A program made the translations under genes and the position numbers. Below, piece after piece: positions 1 through 9,417 of a DNA stretch of 64,000 nucleotides. How positions within the stretch are numbered: position 1 is the stretch's first letter; every line of letters starts with the position of its first letter. The notes under the pieces were generated by a model that was not told the DNA's origin, searched no databases, and worked only from the letters and a program-made list of their open reading frames with translations. Origin of the DNA: Candidatus Thorarchaeota archaeon (lineage in GTDB: Archaea > Asgardarchaeota > Thorarchaeia > Thorarchaeales > Thorarchaeaceae); assembly GCA_029855935.1 (NCBI GenBank), contig JAGSHN010000030.1, positions 1 through 64,000 on the forward strand, written 5' to 3'.

Positions 1-1
1 C

Positions 2-604
2 GGCTATGCCTGGGTCTTTCCACGGGGACCTCTGGTCGTCGTCGGCACAGGCGGCTTGGTCAGCGAGGTCAGAGCCTCGGGGAGACGTCTGCAGGAGTAT
101 CTGGACCACCTTGTACAGGAGACAGAGCCCGCGCGCTCCGAACTAAGTGGAGCAGAGACCGTCAGAACGGAGGCGGCACTTATGCCCCTTGCCGGTGTGG
201 TTCGTCCTTCGTCTGCAGAGCGAGTGATGCTCGCAGGTGACGCAGCAGGCCACTGCTCGCCCATAACAGGGGAGGGGATCTACTACTCTATGGTGGGCGG
301 GGAGTGTGCAGCGCGAGCCGCAGTTCACGCGGTCAGCAGGGGCGACTTCAGCGCGAAGACTCTGAGAGGGTACGAGAGAGCATGGACCCGGCGGATTGGT
401 TCCGACCTCAAGTGGGGTCTGTGGCTCCAGCGCAGACTGATCCGGAGCGGGTCGCGATCGCTGGGCCCGGCCCTGCTCTCGTCTGAGAAGAACATTCGCG
501 CTATTGGAGAGATGCTCCTTGGCGAGCGGACGGTGCTCCGCGCGATACTCTCTGTCGCTCCCTCGTACGCGCGCCTGAAGATAGGCGAGCGCTTCTCCCG
601 TTGA
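2..604 (+). CDS. Geranylgeranyl reductase family flavoprotein, 5'-truncated by window edge
   Basis: Frame open from base 2: GYAWVFP motif, then LAGDAAG..SPITGEGIYYSM FAD motif. Confidence 0.85.
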   Translation, partial: GYAWVFPRGPLVVVGTGGLVSEVRASGRRLQEYLDHLVQETEPARSELSGAETVRTEAALMPLAGVVRPSSAERVMLAGDAAGHCSPITGEGIYYSMVGGECAARAAVHAVSRGDFSAKTLRGYERAWTRRIGSDLKWGLWLQRRLIRSGSRSLGPALLSSEKNIRAIGEMLLGERTVLRAILSVAPSYARLKIGERFSR

Positions 605-709
605 GATCTGGACCGATAGCATCGCACAGTTTCTTCGGACGCAGCGGGTGTCAACGACAGTGACTGGCCCACACCTCTGTGATGCGTCAGCGATACGTTA
701 GAGAATGAC

Positions 710-1075
710 TTATATTGTGGGGTTCTTACCCCTGCAATCAATTGATTGAAGTACTCGCAACGGTCTTCTCTGAGGATTGCGGAAACCGCAACAGGGGCGT
801 CTGTCGCTCTCACCTCGGGAATACCGCCTGATAGAGGGACCCGACATACACAGGTCACACGTTGGTCAACCACCCAGGCAAGGGGCAGGCTCACATTGCC
901 CCACGTGATTGGGGACAGCGTTGGGCAACCAAGACGGGGAAGAAGGGACCGGAGATCCTCGGAGGCGAGGAAAGAACTGACACAAAGAGCCTGCCCTCGC
1001 CTCCAAATTCTCTACTGTTTCGCGGCCCGGTGACTCGAGGTTCTGTGGGTGACCCTGCTCTGCTGAGTCACGTCT
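710..1075 (+). other. Hairpin-rich non-coding segment, candidate structured RNA or regulatory region
   Basis: No credible ORF. TTATATT at 710-716; stems 719-732, 777-791, 883-892/987-996, 961-970/995-1004, 1030-1036/1065-1071. Confidence 0.3.
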
Positions 1076-1675
1076 GACACTCCTCCGACGTGCTCCCGAT
1101 TGCCCATCAGTGGTTCCGGTCTTGTGAACGGCCTGATTGTGTGCTGGTACTGACAATGGGTCATATCTCTGCTGTGCTCCATTCCCATCACGATTCGATT
1201 GAAACACCTACGTAGCTAAGCTATCGTGGAGGGGCCTCCCATCGTCTCACTCCCACTCTCAGTCCGATCCAAACATAGTACTATGAAGTTCTGGACCGAC
1301 AACACTGCGCCATTTCGACCCTACTTTTAGGCCGGTTGAAACTGCAGCTAGCTTGACCCGTTTCCGGCAAGATAAGTCCTACGGTGGTTGCTCTGTGCAC
1401 TCTTTCCCGGAAGTCTCTGGTCGTGCATAGTGCGAGGTGAGTCCGAATCTCCAGCGAGGTGAGATGTGCGACTTGGGTCACCCCGGACGCGGCGGCGACC
1501 GTTCCCGCCTGATGACCGAACTATGATCGGATGGAACAAGATGGGACATAATGGCCTGCTGCTCGAAGGCCTCTGTCCTTCTGTGTCTGACGCAGGATGA
1601 TCTAGTGCTCGCTATCCCGCGCGACTTGATGAGGGCTTGGCGAGGTGTGGAGAGTGTCGGACTGGCCTCGGTCGC

Positions 1676-1945
1676 CTACGACGCCTCGGCACGCATCTTG
1701 TTGACAATGAGGCACTTCTGACGGTAGGCCTCCTCATCGAGGCTGGTGATGAACTGTTCGAGACGCTTGACGCGTGTGAATTCCTCCTCGATTCCGAGGT
1801 CGCGCACGGTCACAAGTGCCGTCTTGTTCTGAATTCTGACATAGATCCCACCAATGCCTACGTGATGCTTCATGTAGACTGGTTGATCCTGTCCCTTGAC
1901 CCGATAGAACCCTTGTCTTCTTAGCATCCTTGAGAACATCTGCAT
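1676..1945 (-). CDS. Hypothetical protein (89 aa)
   Basis: Protein-like composition, GGAGG upstream of ATG, AT-rich promoter-like region upstream. Confidence 0.7.
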   Translation of the reverse strand: MQMFSRMLRRQGFYRVKGQDQPVYMKHHVGIGGIYVRIQNKTALVTVRDLGIEEEFTRVKRLEQFITSLDEEAYRQKCLIVNKMRAEAS

Positions 1946-2501
1946 CTGTGCAGCCCTCCCGGCGGCTGACGAAAATATGAGTACACGTATCTACAATATA
2001 AACACATCACATTCCGTTGAGTAAACGTATGAGATGGGCAGCTTTGCCATTCTGAACAAAGACTACAGAATGAGGCCTCCGGCAATACAAAACTCCGTTC
2101 TGCGGATTCTTTTTCTGCACTTGACCACGCAGCTGGCCAAGAAGTAACATCTATGTTCACCGTTTGGCGCGGAACAATCATACGTTTACTAGTTAGAGCA
2201 TCAGTGGGACATGGTAAATGGCATACGTGTACTAGGTATATGTCTAGGAATTTACTCACCGGGCACGGTACACGTGTGCATCGAGCAAGGCAGACCATTG
2301 TCCAGTGTGGGTGTACTCAGGCCCGACAATCGGACGCGCACTCACTACGCCGTTGGACAGGAGCTCTCCCGTGAAGTAACTCAATCCGATCGGCGCCGCT
2401 TGCCGTGTCCGTCAGATACTGTGTCGTCTACCGCAAGACCGGAATTCTTGATGTCCTCACAAGCGCATAATTCATATTGCAAGCTGGACTCAGCGGCATG
2501 T

Positions 2502-3173
2502 ATGTACAACCTGCCACACCCTCCAGGAGAGCACGCCAAGAAGAGCCCCTTCGCCCTCTTTGTAGCCGCCATCCTGATTGTCTCCGGCATAGTTCTGGCG
2601 ATCTACGAGTGGCTCAATGCATCATCGGTCTATGATTGGGCTGCGGGGTGGGGCTTGGCGACACCCCTGTATCTCATTTTCATAGGAGTGATGATGAGCG
2701 ACCTTGACTCGGCCGAGTCGCTGAGGAAACTGGCGGAACCGATAGCCACCGAGCTCAATCTGCCGACTTATGCAGAGAGCGACTTTGTATCTCTGAGGCG
2801 GATGTTCTTTGCATTGCTATTAGTGCTGACGCTACTGAGCGTTGTGCCGCTACAGTACCAATGGTCATTCGTCATGTGGTTTCTAGTCACCTTCGGTCTG
2901 CTTGCCACAGAGATCTCGGTGTATGTGTTCATAGGGGAGATGTTCCTCTATCTCGTCGTCGTGGCAGTTCTCTCTACAATCTCTCTCACTATTGCTACGA
3001 AGACTCATCCTCTTGGAGGACAGATCCTCGAACGGCTGCAGGAGATTGAGGCCGAGGAGAAGAAGCGCGAGAAAGAGCAGAAGGGTCAGCAAGAGAAGGC
3101 CGAACCGGAAAGTGCAAGCCCTGACGAAGGCGAGAGCGACTTGGATTTCGGATTCAGTCCCGACCAAGAATAG
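2502..3173 (+). CDS. Multi-pass membrane protein with acidic C-tail
   Basis: About 4-5 hydrophobic helices; start MYNLP chosen by alignment with the downstream paralogue (MYSTP). Confidence 0.75.
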   Translation: MYNLPHPPGEHAKKSPFALFVAAILIVSGIVLAIYEWLNASSVYDWAAGWGLATPLYLIFIGVMMSDLDSAESLRKLAEPIATELNLPTYAESDFVSLRRMFFALLLVLTLLSVVPLQYQWSFVMWFLVTFGLLATEISVYVFIGEMFLYLVVVAVLSTISLTIATKTHPLGGQILERLQEIEAEEKKREKEQKGQQEKAEPESASPDEGESDLDFGFSPDQE

Positions 3174-3271
3174 CGACCGGTTTCCTACGCCCTAACGATC
3201 ACGGCATCAATCACCCACAGGATCGAGGGGGGCCGTAACTACCACATTCTGATCTTGCCCTAGGGTGCCAC

Positions 3272-3935
3272 GTGTACAGCACACCTCAAGTACCAGAGGG
3301 GTTCACCACTGTAGGCCGCTTCAAGCTTCTCATTTCCCTCCTCTTCATAATGTCCGGTGTCGCCTTCGGAGCCTACAAGTGGCTCAACTCGTCGTCGTTC
3401 TACGAGTGGGCGACCGGATGGGGCTCAGCAGGGGCAGGCTACATCGTTGGTCACAGGACTGATCCTGTTTCCAAACACTCTGTCCACGGAGGCGCTCAGG
3501 GCTGAGGCCGAACCAATAGCCATCGAACTCCATCTCCCCGCCTATGCGGAGGCTGACTACGTAAGGCTCAAGCAACAACACTTCGTCCTGATCACAGTCC
3601 TGAATCTTGTTGCTGTGGCACCATTTCAGCTCCAGTGGTCTCTCTTCGTTCGGCTGTTGGTTGAATATGACCTCTACCTGACAGACGCGGCTCTGACGTT
3701 TGTCCTCCTTGAGTTCGTACCCTTTGTGCAGATTCCGGACAAGCTCTGCAGTCTTGCCAGCTGGATAGCCAAGAGATCCCACCCTGCTGGGGCTCAGATT
3801 CTGGAGCGACTCGAGCAGGTCCGACAGGAGGAACAGGAGACAATCGAACAGAGGGGCACGACAAGGCGTAGCAGGATGACCCTGAACACTTCCGTGATCA
3901 CAACTTCAGGCCTCGGTGACGACACACGCTGGTAA
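3272..3935 (+). pseudogene. Frameshifted tandem paralogue of 2502..3173
   Basis: ORF 3272..3505 matches the N-half (YKWLNSSSFYEWATGWG vs YEWLNASSVYDWAAGWG); ORF 3357..3935 matches the C-half (AEPIAIELHLPAYAE vs AEPIATELNLPTYAE); one extra base near 3446. Confidence 0.7.
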
Positions 3936-4014
3936 GCTGTCCTGATGAGTGTCTCACCACGTGCCTCTTGACAACCCTTAAAACCCCAGCATGTCGACGG
4001 TGCCAAGACTCACC

Positions 4015-4554
4015 ATGGACATCTTCGGCGACCTGTTCAATGCCATCATCGATGTACTGGATCCAGTTGCCAACCCGCCTGCCTCGGCACTGTTCGTGTT
4101 CATCGTAGGCGTCACTCTCTCGCTGTTCTCGACAGTGGTGACAGTGAGAATGGTCGACCTGGAGGACCTCAGGGAGAAGACCGAGTTCGTCAACGAGTGG
4201 CGCAGGAAGCAGATGCAGGCGATGAAGACGATGGACCCGGTTCTTCTCACCGAGGTTATGGCACAGAGGAGTAGAGTGCTGCTTGTCCAGTCTCAGGTGG
4301 CTCAGGCGCGGATGAAGCCGATGTGCGTCTTCTACCTGCCGATGTTGATTGTCTTCTTCCTCCTAGGGGCCGTCTACGGGGTCACTCCAGTCGCGATCCT
4401 TCCGTTCAACATTCAGCACGTCTTGCCCTTCCTCGATGGGTGGATAGGACGGACTCTCGACAGCGGCGCCTTTGGCCTCTATTTCTGGTCGTGGTACGTG
4501 CTGACGAGCGCCGGTATTGGCAACATCATCAGAAGAGCAGCAGGGCTCGTTTGA
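4015..4554 (+). CDS. EMC3/TMCO1 (DUF106, Oxa1 superfamily) membrane insertase
   Basis: TM1, coiled coil, MKPM..YLPM TM2, C-terminal FWSWYVLTS..IRRAAGL signature. Confidence 0.85.
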   Translation: MDIFGDLFNAIIDVLDPVANPPASALFVFIVGVTLSLFSTVVTVRMVDLEDLREKTEFVNEWRRKQMQAMKTMDPVLLTEVMAQRSRVLLVQSQVAQARMKPMCVFYLPMLIVFFLLGAVYGVTPVAILPFNIQHVLPFLDGWIGRTLDSGAFGLYFWSWYVLTSAGIGNIIRRAAGLV

Positions 4555-4572
4555 GCGCCCATTCTGATCTCG

Positions 4573-4603
4573 GGGCGGAGGCTGCTCCCACGGGAGACCG
4601 CCC
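4573..4603. terminator. GC hairpin between convergent genes
   Basis: gggcgg (4573-4578)/ccgccc (4598-4603) with an inner ctcc/ggag stem. Confidence 0.3.
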
Positions 4604-4612
4604 GGCACTTGC

Positions 4613-5785
4613 TCACTGCGACTTCTCTGTTCTAGGCCGTACTACCATCAGAATCACAGTGGCTACGACACACAGGACGAGTGAGACGTGGAATGATGCA
4701 AGATGACCCATGTTGTCCCATACCCATCCGAGGAGCATCCCGGCCGGGAGAGCGGCTATGCCCACGGCCATCTGAAAGGCACCGATGACGCTGGCGCGTC
4801 GTTCCTCCTCGACTAAATCGGCGACGTAGCTGGTCTGCACGGGGTCGAGAGCGCCGTTCGCGAGGCCGAAGAATATCATCAACGGGAGGACCGTGAGCCA
4901 GTCGGTCGTGAGATTCGCCCAGAAGGAGGTGAGTGCAAGCAGGATGAATGCGGCTATCAGTACAGGCCTTCTGCCCACGCTGTCGGAGGCCCGACCGAAG
5001 GGATATGCTGACAGGGCATAGACACCGGTGAACAGGATGTAGAGGAGGGGCAACTGAACCTCGACGTACCCGAAGTCCGCAGCGTACAGGATGAGGAACG
5101 AGTAGGAATATGTCCCCAGGGCAAGGATAATTGAGGCGAGGAGGAAGAGCTTCAGGTCTCGGCTCAGGCCACGGAATGAGACTCCCCTGAAGACCTCACG
5201 ACCAGCCTCCTCACGGATCAGCAGTACCACAAGGAGGACGGCTATCGTGCCCGGGATGGCGGCGAGGATGAATGTCCAGAAGTAGCCGAGATAGAGGAAC
5301 AGCACAAAGCTCAGTGTGGCCCCCACAAGAGCGCCTGCAGAGTCTGCCGCCCGCAAGAAGCCGAAGGCCCGCCCGCGTCGCTTCTCACGTGCGTGGGCTG
5401 CGACTATTGCGTCTCTGGGAGGACCACGCATCTTTCCCAAGCGGTCAAAGGCCTTCAGTACGAGTATCTGCCAGAATGAGACACTGAAGATGAAGGCCAG
5501 CCTCGACAGCATCGATATGAGGTAGCCGGAGGTTATGAACGGCTTCCGTTTCCTGAGCCTATCCGACGCGTAGCCAGAGGCCAGCTTTGACAGAGAGGTC
5601 ACTGCTATGGCCATTCCGTCGACGATGCCAATCTGAAACAGGTTCAGCCCGAGCTGACGCTGGAGGAAGGTTGGCCAGACCGGGGCAATCATGTCCGACC
5701 CAACATCGTTCATGAACGAAGCAGAGGCGAAGACTACTGTGGGGTCTATTCCCTCGTTGTCGGTGTTCTCGGCCGTGAGTATCAC
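4613..5785 (-). CDS. MFS transporter
   Basis: About 12 TM; motif A-like GYASDRLRKRK and GRASDSVGRRP; GTG start after GGAGG. Confidence 0.9.
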   Translation of the reverse strand: MILTAENTDNEGIDPTVVFASASFMNDVGSDMIAPVWPTFLQRQLGLNLFQIGIVDGMAIAVTSLSKLASGYASDRLRKRKPFITSGYLISMLSRLAFIFSVSFWQILVLKAFDRLGKMRGPPRDAIVAAHAREKRRGRAFGFLRAADSAGALVGATLSFVLFLYLGYFWTFILAAIPGTIAVLLVVLLIREEAGREVFRGVSFRGLSRDLKLFLLASIILALGTYSYSFLILYAADFGYVEVQLPLLYILFTGVYALSAYPFGRASDSVGRRPVLIAAFILLALTSFWANLTTDWLTVLPLMIFFGLANGALDPVQTSYVADLVEEERRASVIGAFQMAVGIAALPAGMLLGWVWDNMGHLASFHVSLVLCVVATVILMVVRPRTEKSQ

Positions 5786-5931
5786 CTTGCCTCCGTTCCT
5801 GAACTCCGCCCCTATTGTATATAGCTCTCTGGTCAATGTCCACCTCTGAGTCATCCTGCAGGACCGCACATTGTGGCTGTACGGTGCTTCAGTGAATAGA
5901 CTCATATTGAGCGCAGAGAATTGGGTTGCCT

Positions 5932-7128
5932 ATGCCAGAGCCAGCAACGGTGTATTTCGGTTCTGTCCAGCATGGTGCCAAGGCTGCCTTTGCATCATTC
6001 GCAGCGAAGGTCGACGAGGTCTTCAGGAGACTGGACCTCTCCACGATTGACAAGAAGGACAAGGTTGCGATCAAGATGCACCTTGGTTTCAGGGACGGCT
6101 ATCAGACGGTGCCCGTGTTCTTTGTCCGTCGGATTGTCAAGGCAATCAAGGAACGGGGTGCCTTTCCGTTTGTCACCGACAATCCGACGTCAGTGTACAA
6201 TGCTGTTGCGAGGGGCTACACGCAAGAGACATGTGGCTGTCCAATCATTCCGATAACTGGTGTGAAAGACGGCTACGTGGAGAGGGTCGATGCCGGGCTC
6301 CACGGCGTCGAGAGTATGGATCTTGCTGGAGTTCTGAGGGACGCGGACGTCCTTGTTGACCTGACGCACGTGAAGGGCCACAACTCTTGTGGCTTCGGCG
6401 GTGCAATCAAGAACATCGCCATCGGGGGCTACGCCGCAAATACGAGGTGGAAAAAGTATCACACCGTGTACTCGCACGTCCCATACTGGGACCCTGACAA
6501 GTGCACACCGGAGCACGCAAAGAGACTTGTCGACTCCTGTCCCTACAACTGCATCAAGTACGACGAGGGGAGACACAGTCTGACGATAGTGTTCGATGTG
6601 TGCAATCAGTGTATGAAGTGTATCAGAGCTGACGAGGGGGTCGGATGCCTGGACATAAGACAGGAGCACTTCTCCGCGTTTCAAGAGCTTATGGCCGTCG
6701 GTGCGAAGATCGTCCTTGACACCTTCGACGAAGACAAGCGGTTCTTCGTCAGTTTCCTGACTGAGATAACCGCCCTGTGTGATTGCTGGGGCTTCGGGCA
6801 GCCCTGTGTCGTCAATGACATCGGAGTACTCTCAAGCCGGGACATTGTTGCCATAGAGCAGGCGTCGCTGGACCTCATAGCCAAGGAGGGCCTGATCGAG
6901 AAGAACATCCCACCGTTCCTGCGGACCAATCTCGATCCCCATATGGACCTGCATCCATTCCAGCGCCTTCACGGACCAATGAAGGACCCCCATATCGCGG
7001 TCCGGTATGCTGAGAAGCTCGGGCTCGGGACCACAGAGTACGAACTTGTCGAGATTCTGAGGCCAGAGGAGACCCTGAAGATGAAGCCGCCGGAGGGCAT
7101 CAGCGAGACAGAGCCATCATTCTTCTAG
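5932..7128 (+). CDS. DUF362 domain Fe-S protein
   Basis: VAIKMHLG, THVKGH..GFGGAIKNIAIG, ferredoxin-like CP..C/CNQCMKC, CDCW, DIVAIEQAS. Confidence 0.85.
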   Translation: MPEPATVYFGSVQHGAKAAFASFAAKVDEVFRRLDLSTIDKKDKVAIKMHLGFRDGYQTVPVFFVRRIVKAIKERGAFPFVTDNPTSVYNAVARGYTQETCGCPIIPITGVKDGYVERVDAGLHGVESMDLAGVLRDADVLVDLTHVKGHNSCGFGGAIKNIAIGGYAANTRWKKYHTVYSHVPYWDPDKCTPEHAKRLVDSCPYNCIKYDEGRHSLTIVFDVCNQCMKCIRADEGVGCLDIRQEHFSAFQELMAVGAKIVLDTFDEDKRFFVSFLTEITALCDCWGFGQPCVVNDIGVLSSRDIVAIEQASLDLIAKEGLIEKNIPPFLRTNLDPHMDLHPFQRLHGPMKDPHIAVRYAEKLGLGTTEYELVEILRPEETLKMKPPEGISETEPSFF

Positions 7129-7307
7129 CTTGCGAGACGAACACCTACAGCGATGATCCTGCTATCACACTATGGGAACGCCTTCCCGATTGGCATCGAC
7201 CAGCGGATGCAGCATCGTGTCTCGCGGTAACCGAGAGATTGTCGGAGCAGGTATACGCACACAATACGCTAATAACGTCATGCTGCCGTGCCTGTGCGGC
7301 GATAGAG

Positions 7308-8402
7308 GTGATTCTGCCACCGCCCACAGCAACGGTACTCTTCACGTTCGAGCAGGTCACATTCTGGGCTGGTGCCCTATTGATGCTCCGGACCTACCGG
7401 AGATACGGGTTCGAGGCCTACAGGTATATGGCGCTGTCATTTGGCCTCTGGGCTGTCAGCTCGTCATTCAGGCTCTTGGCAAACATGTTTGAGAGCAACG
7501 AGATGAACACGGTAACCACCCTGTGGCAGGTGATGAACCTCTTTCTGATCCTCGGTATTGTGACGACGTTCTATTCGTTCTTCTACTATCAGCACAACCG
7601 ACTACCCGCGCGCACAAACATCGCATCCCTCCTCGGCGGAGGTACAATCGTCGCCTACTGTAACCCGGACTGGTTCAGCGTCAGTCGAGACTTGCAGGCC
7701 CAGATCTATGCGGCCTCGTATTCTCCCGTTGTCAACCTCTTCGCAGTACCACTTATCGTACTCTTCATACTGGTCTTCCTGCGTCCGATATTCAGAAAGT
7801 TCAGAAGGGCGAGCTCGGAGGAGGGACGCAAGGAGGCTCTGAGCCTACTGCTGGTCCTGTCGTTCCTTCTTGGCTGGGCAGCAGCGAGCGGTCTGACGGG
7901 AATTCCTCTTGTGCGCATTGCGCGACCGTTCCTCTTTGTCGCAGGATGGATGGTGTGGATAGTATTGACCTCTCGCCGGCCTCTGACGCTGATCTTCTCT
8001 GAGAGGTCATTCGACAAAGTACTTGTGATGACGAGCGCGGGCTATCCGATACTGCTGTACGACTTCCAAGAAAAGCGATTTGAGGACCCCTCTCTCTTCT
8101 CTGCGCTCTTCTCTGCCCTAGAGACGGCCATGAGCAACCTCATTGAGACACAGAGCGAGCTACAATCAATCTACTACGAGAACAAGGTCATCACCATCGA
8201 GAAGAGAGCAGACGTGTTCTTTTTCGGGATTGGCGACGAACCGGACACAGCTCTTGAGGCTGCGCTTCGCGTGTTTGCTGACCTGTTGTTGCAGTATCAC
8301 TCGTTCTCGGTCGAGGAGGACGGGGCCGTTTTCGCTCTTGACCTTGACGAAGATGTGGTAACGGAGATAGTAGAGCAGTCATTCGGGAGTGTCACAGTAT
8401 AG
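7308..8402 (+). CDS. 7TM membrane protein with C-terminal longin-like domain
   Basis: Seven hydrophobic segments, then VLVMTSAGYPILLYDF..DPSLFSALFSAL..LQSIYYENKVITIE pattern; start uncertain. Confidence 0.7.
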   Translation: MILPPPTATVLFTFEQVTFWAGALLMLRTYRRYGFEAYRYMALSFGLWAVSSSFRLLANMFESNEMNTVTTLWQVMNLFLILGIVTTFYSFFYYQHNRLPARTNIASLLGGGTIVAYCNPDWFSVSRDLQAQIYAASYSPVVNLFAVPLIVLFILVFLRPIFRKFRRASSEEGRKEALSLLLVLSFLLGWAAASGLTGIPLVRIARPFLFVAGWMVWIVLTSRRPLTLIFSERSFDKVLVMTSAGYPILLYDFQEKRFEDPSLFSALFSALETAMSNLIETQSELQSIYYENKVITIEKRADVFFFGIGDEPDTALEAALRVFADLLLQYHSFSVEEDGAVFALDLDEDVVTEIVEQSFGSVTV

Positions 8403-8490
8403 GAAGCAGGCTGCTGGTCTGTGTCTTGTGGGAAATACAATCACAGAAAAGCAAAATAATCACACAGGGTCTGCTAGTGACTACCGGAGG

Positions 8491-9417
8491 ATGACACTAC
8501 TGCCCAAGAGCCGCTCCCGAGAATCAGTGATGATTGCCTTCGTCCGCTCCGTGTGCAATATGGTGGAGCGGGGGGACATTGACCTAATCGGCGAGTCTCT
8601 CAGAGGATACTGGGTAGACAAGAAGGCTCATCCGTGGCACAGAGTCCTGAAATACCTTCAGAGGAAGGGTGACAAGTACGCTGATCAGAAGCAGCTCGCA
8701 GAGTGGGTCGGCGTGCTCAGGGACGGGGTGTTTGCAGCACTTGATGCACTGTCGCTGAATCTGGCAGTGGACATTAGTATTGAGGAGATCCTCTCGACTC
8801 TGCTCTCTGCAGAGACGTGGCGTGATGGTAGGAGGGAGGTACGCAACGTGTTGGCAAAGGTCGCGTTGGACCTGATAGATCGGCACAAGCTGGACCACCT
8901 GCAGCCCTCGGAACTGGCAAGAGACGGGTTCGGCTTTCTTGTGCCGCGTCTCCTTGATTCACAAATCCGACAATTGGAGAAGTGCCGGCCTGTGGAGAAG
9001 GATGACACCATCGACCTGACGGCTCTTCACAGGTCAGTCCTGGGTAGGATGGTCCTCCGAAGTGCCGAGGTCGGAGAGAGGAAGCTGAGGAGGGACGATC
9101 CCCGGGTCTCCGAGCTTTTCGCCGCGTACGATCGAATGCTTCTGGACAAAGAGGTCGAGAAGGGGACCCTTGCCACAAAACTTGATGAGCTCACTGCACA
9201 GGCCACGCTGAACGGACAGGTAGTAGAAGAGGCAAGGGCAATCTCTGCACCGGAGCCCGCTGTGGGTGTGGGAGTGGAGGAGAACGGGAGGACTCAGAAG
9301 CCTCTGACGGAGTTCATCGACGAGAAACAGCCATCGGCTCGAGAGAAGAAGACGAAGAAGAGTGCCACAAAGGGTCCGAAGCGAAAGAAGAAGAGTGGGG
9401 GCAGCAAGAAGAGATGA
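8491..9417 (+). CDS. Hypothetical protein with PIP-box-like motif and basic tail
   Basis: GGAGG directly before ATG 8491; QKPLTEFI; Lys-rich C-terminus; ATGA overlap with next gene. Confidence 0.75.
   Translation: MTLLPKSRSRESVMIAFVRSVCNMVERGDIDLIGESLRGYWVDKKAHPWHRVLKYLQRKGDKYADQKQLAEWVGVLRDGVFAALDALSLNLAVDISIEEILSTLLSAETWRDGRREVRNVLAKVALDLIDRHKLDHLQPSELARDGFGFLVPRLLDSQIRQLEKCRPVEKDDTIDLTALHRSVLGRMVLRSAEVGERKLRRDDPRVSELFAAYDRMLLDKEVEKGTLATKLDELTAQATLNGQVVEEARAISAPEPAVGVGVEENGRTQKPLTEFIDEKQPSAREKKTKKSATKGPKRKKKSGGSKKR

Noticed and set aside
860-1010. SRP RNA, RNase P RNA or cobalamin riboswitch
   Set aside because: Only fragmentary resemblances (CCCAGGCAAGGGGCAGGC, GAGGAAAG, CCTGCC); the required conserved cores are not present
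3435-3455. Programmed ribosomal frameshift
   Set aside because: No slippery heptamer or homopolymer at the junction
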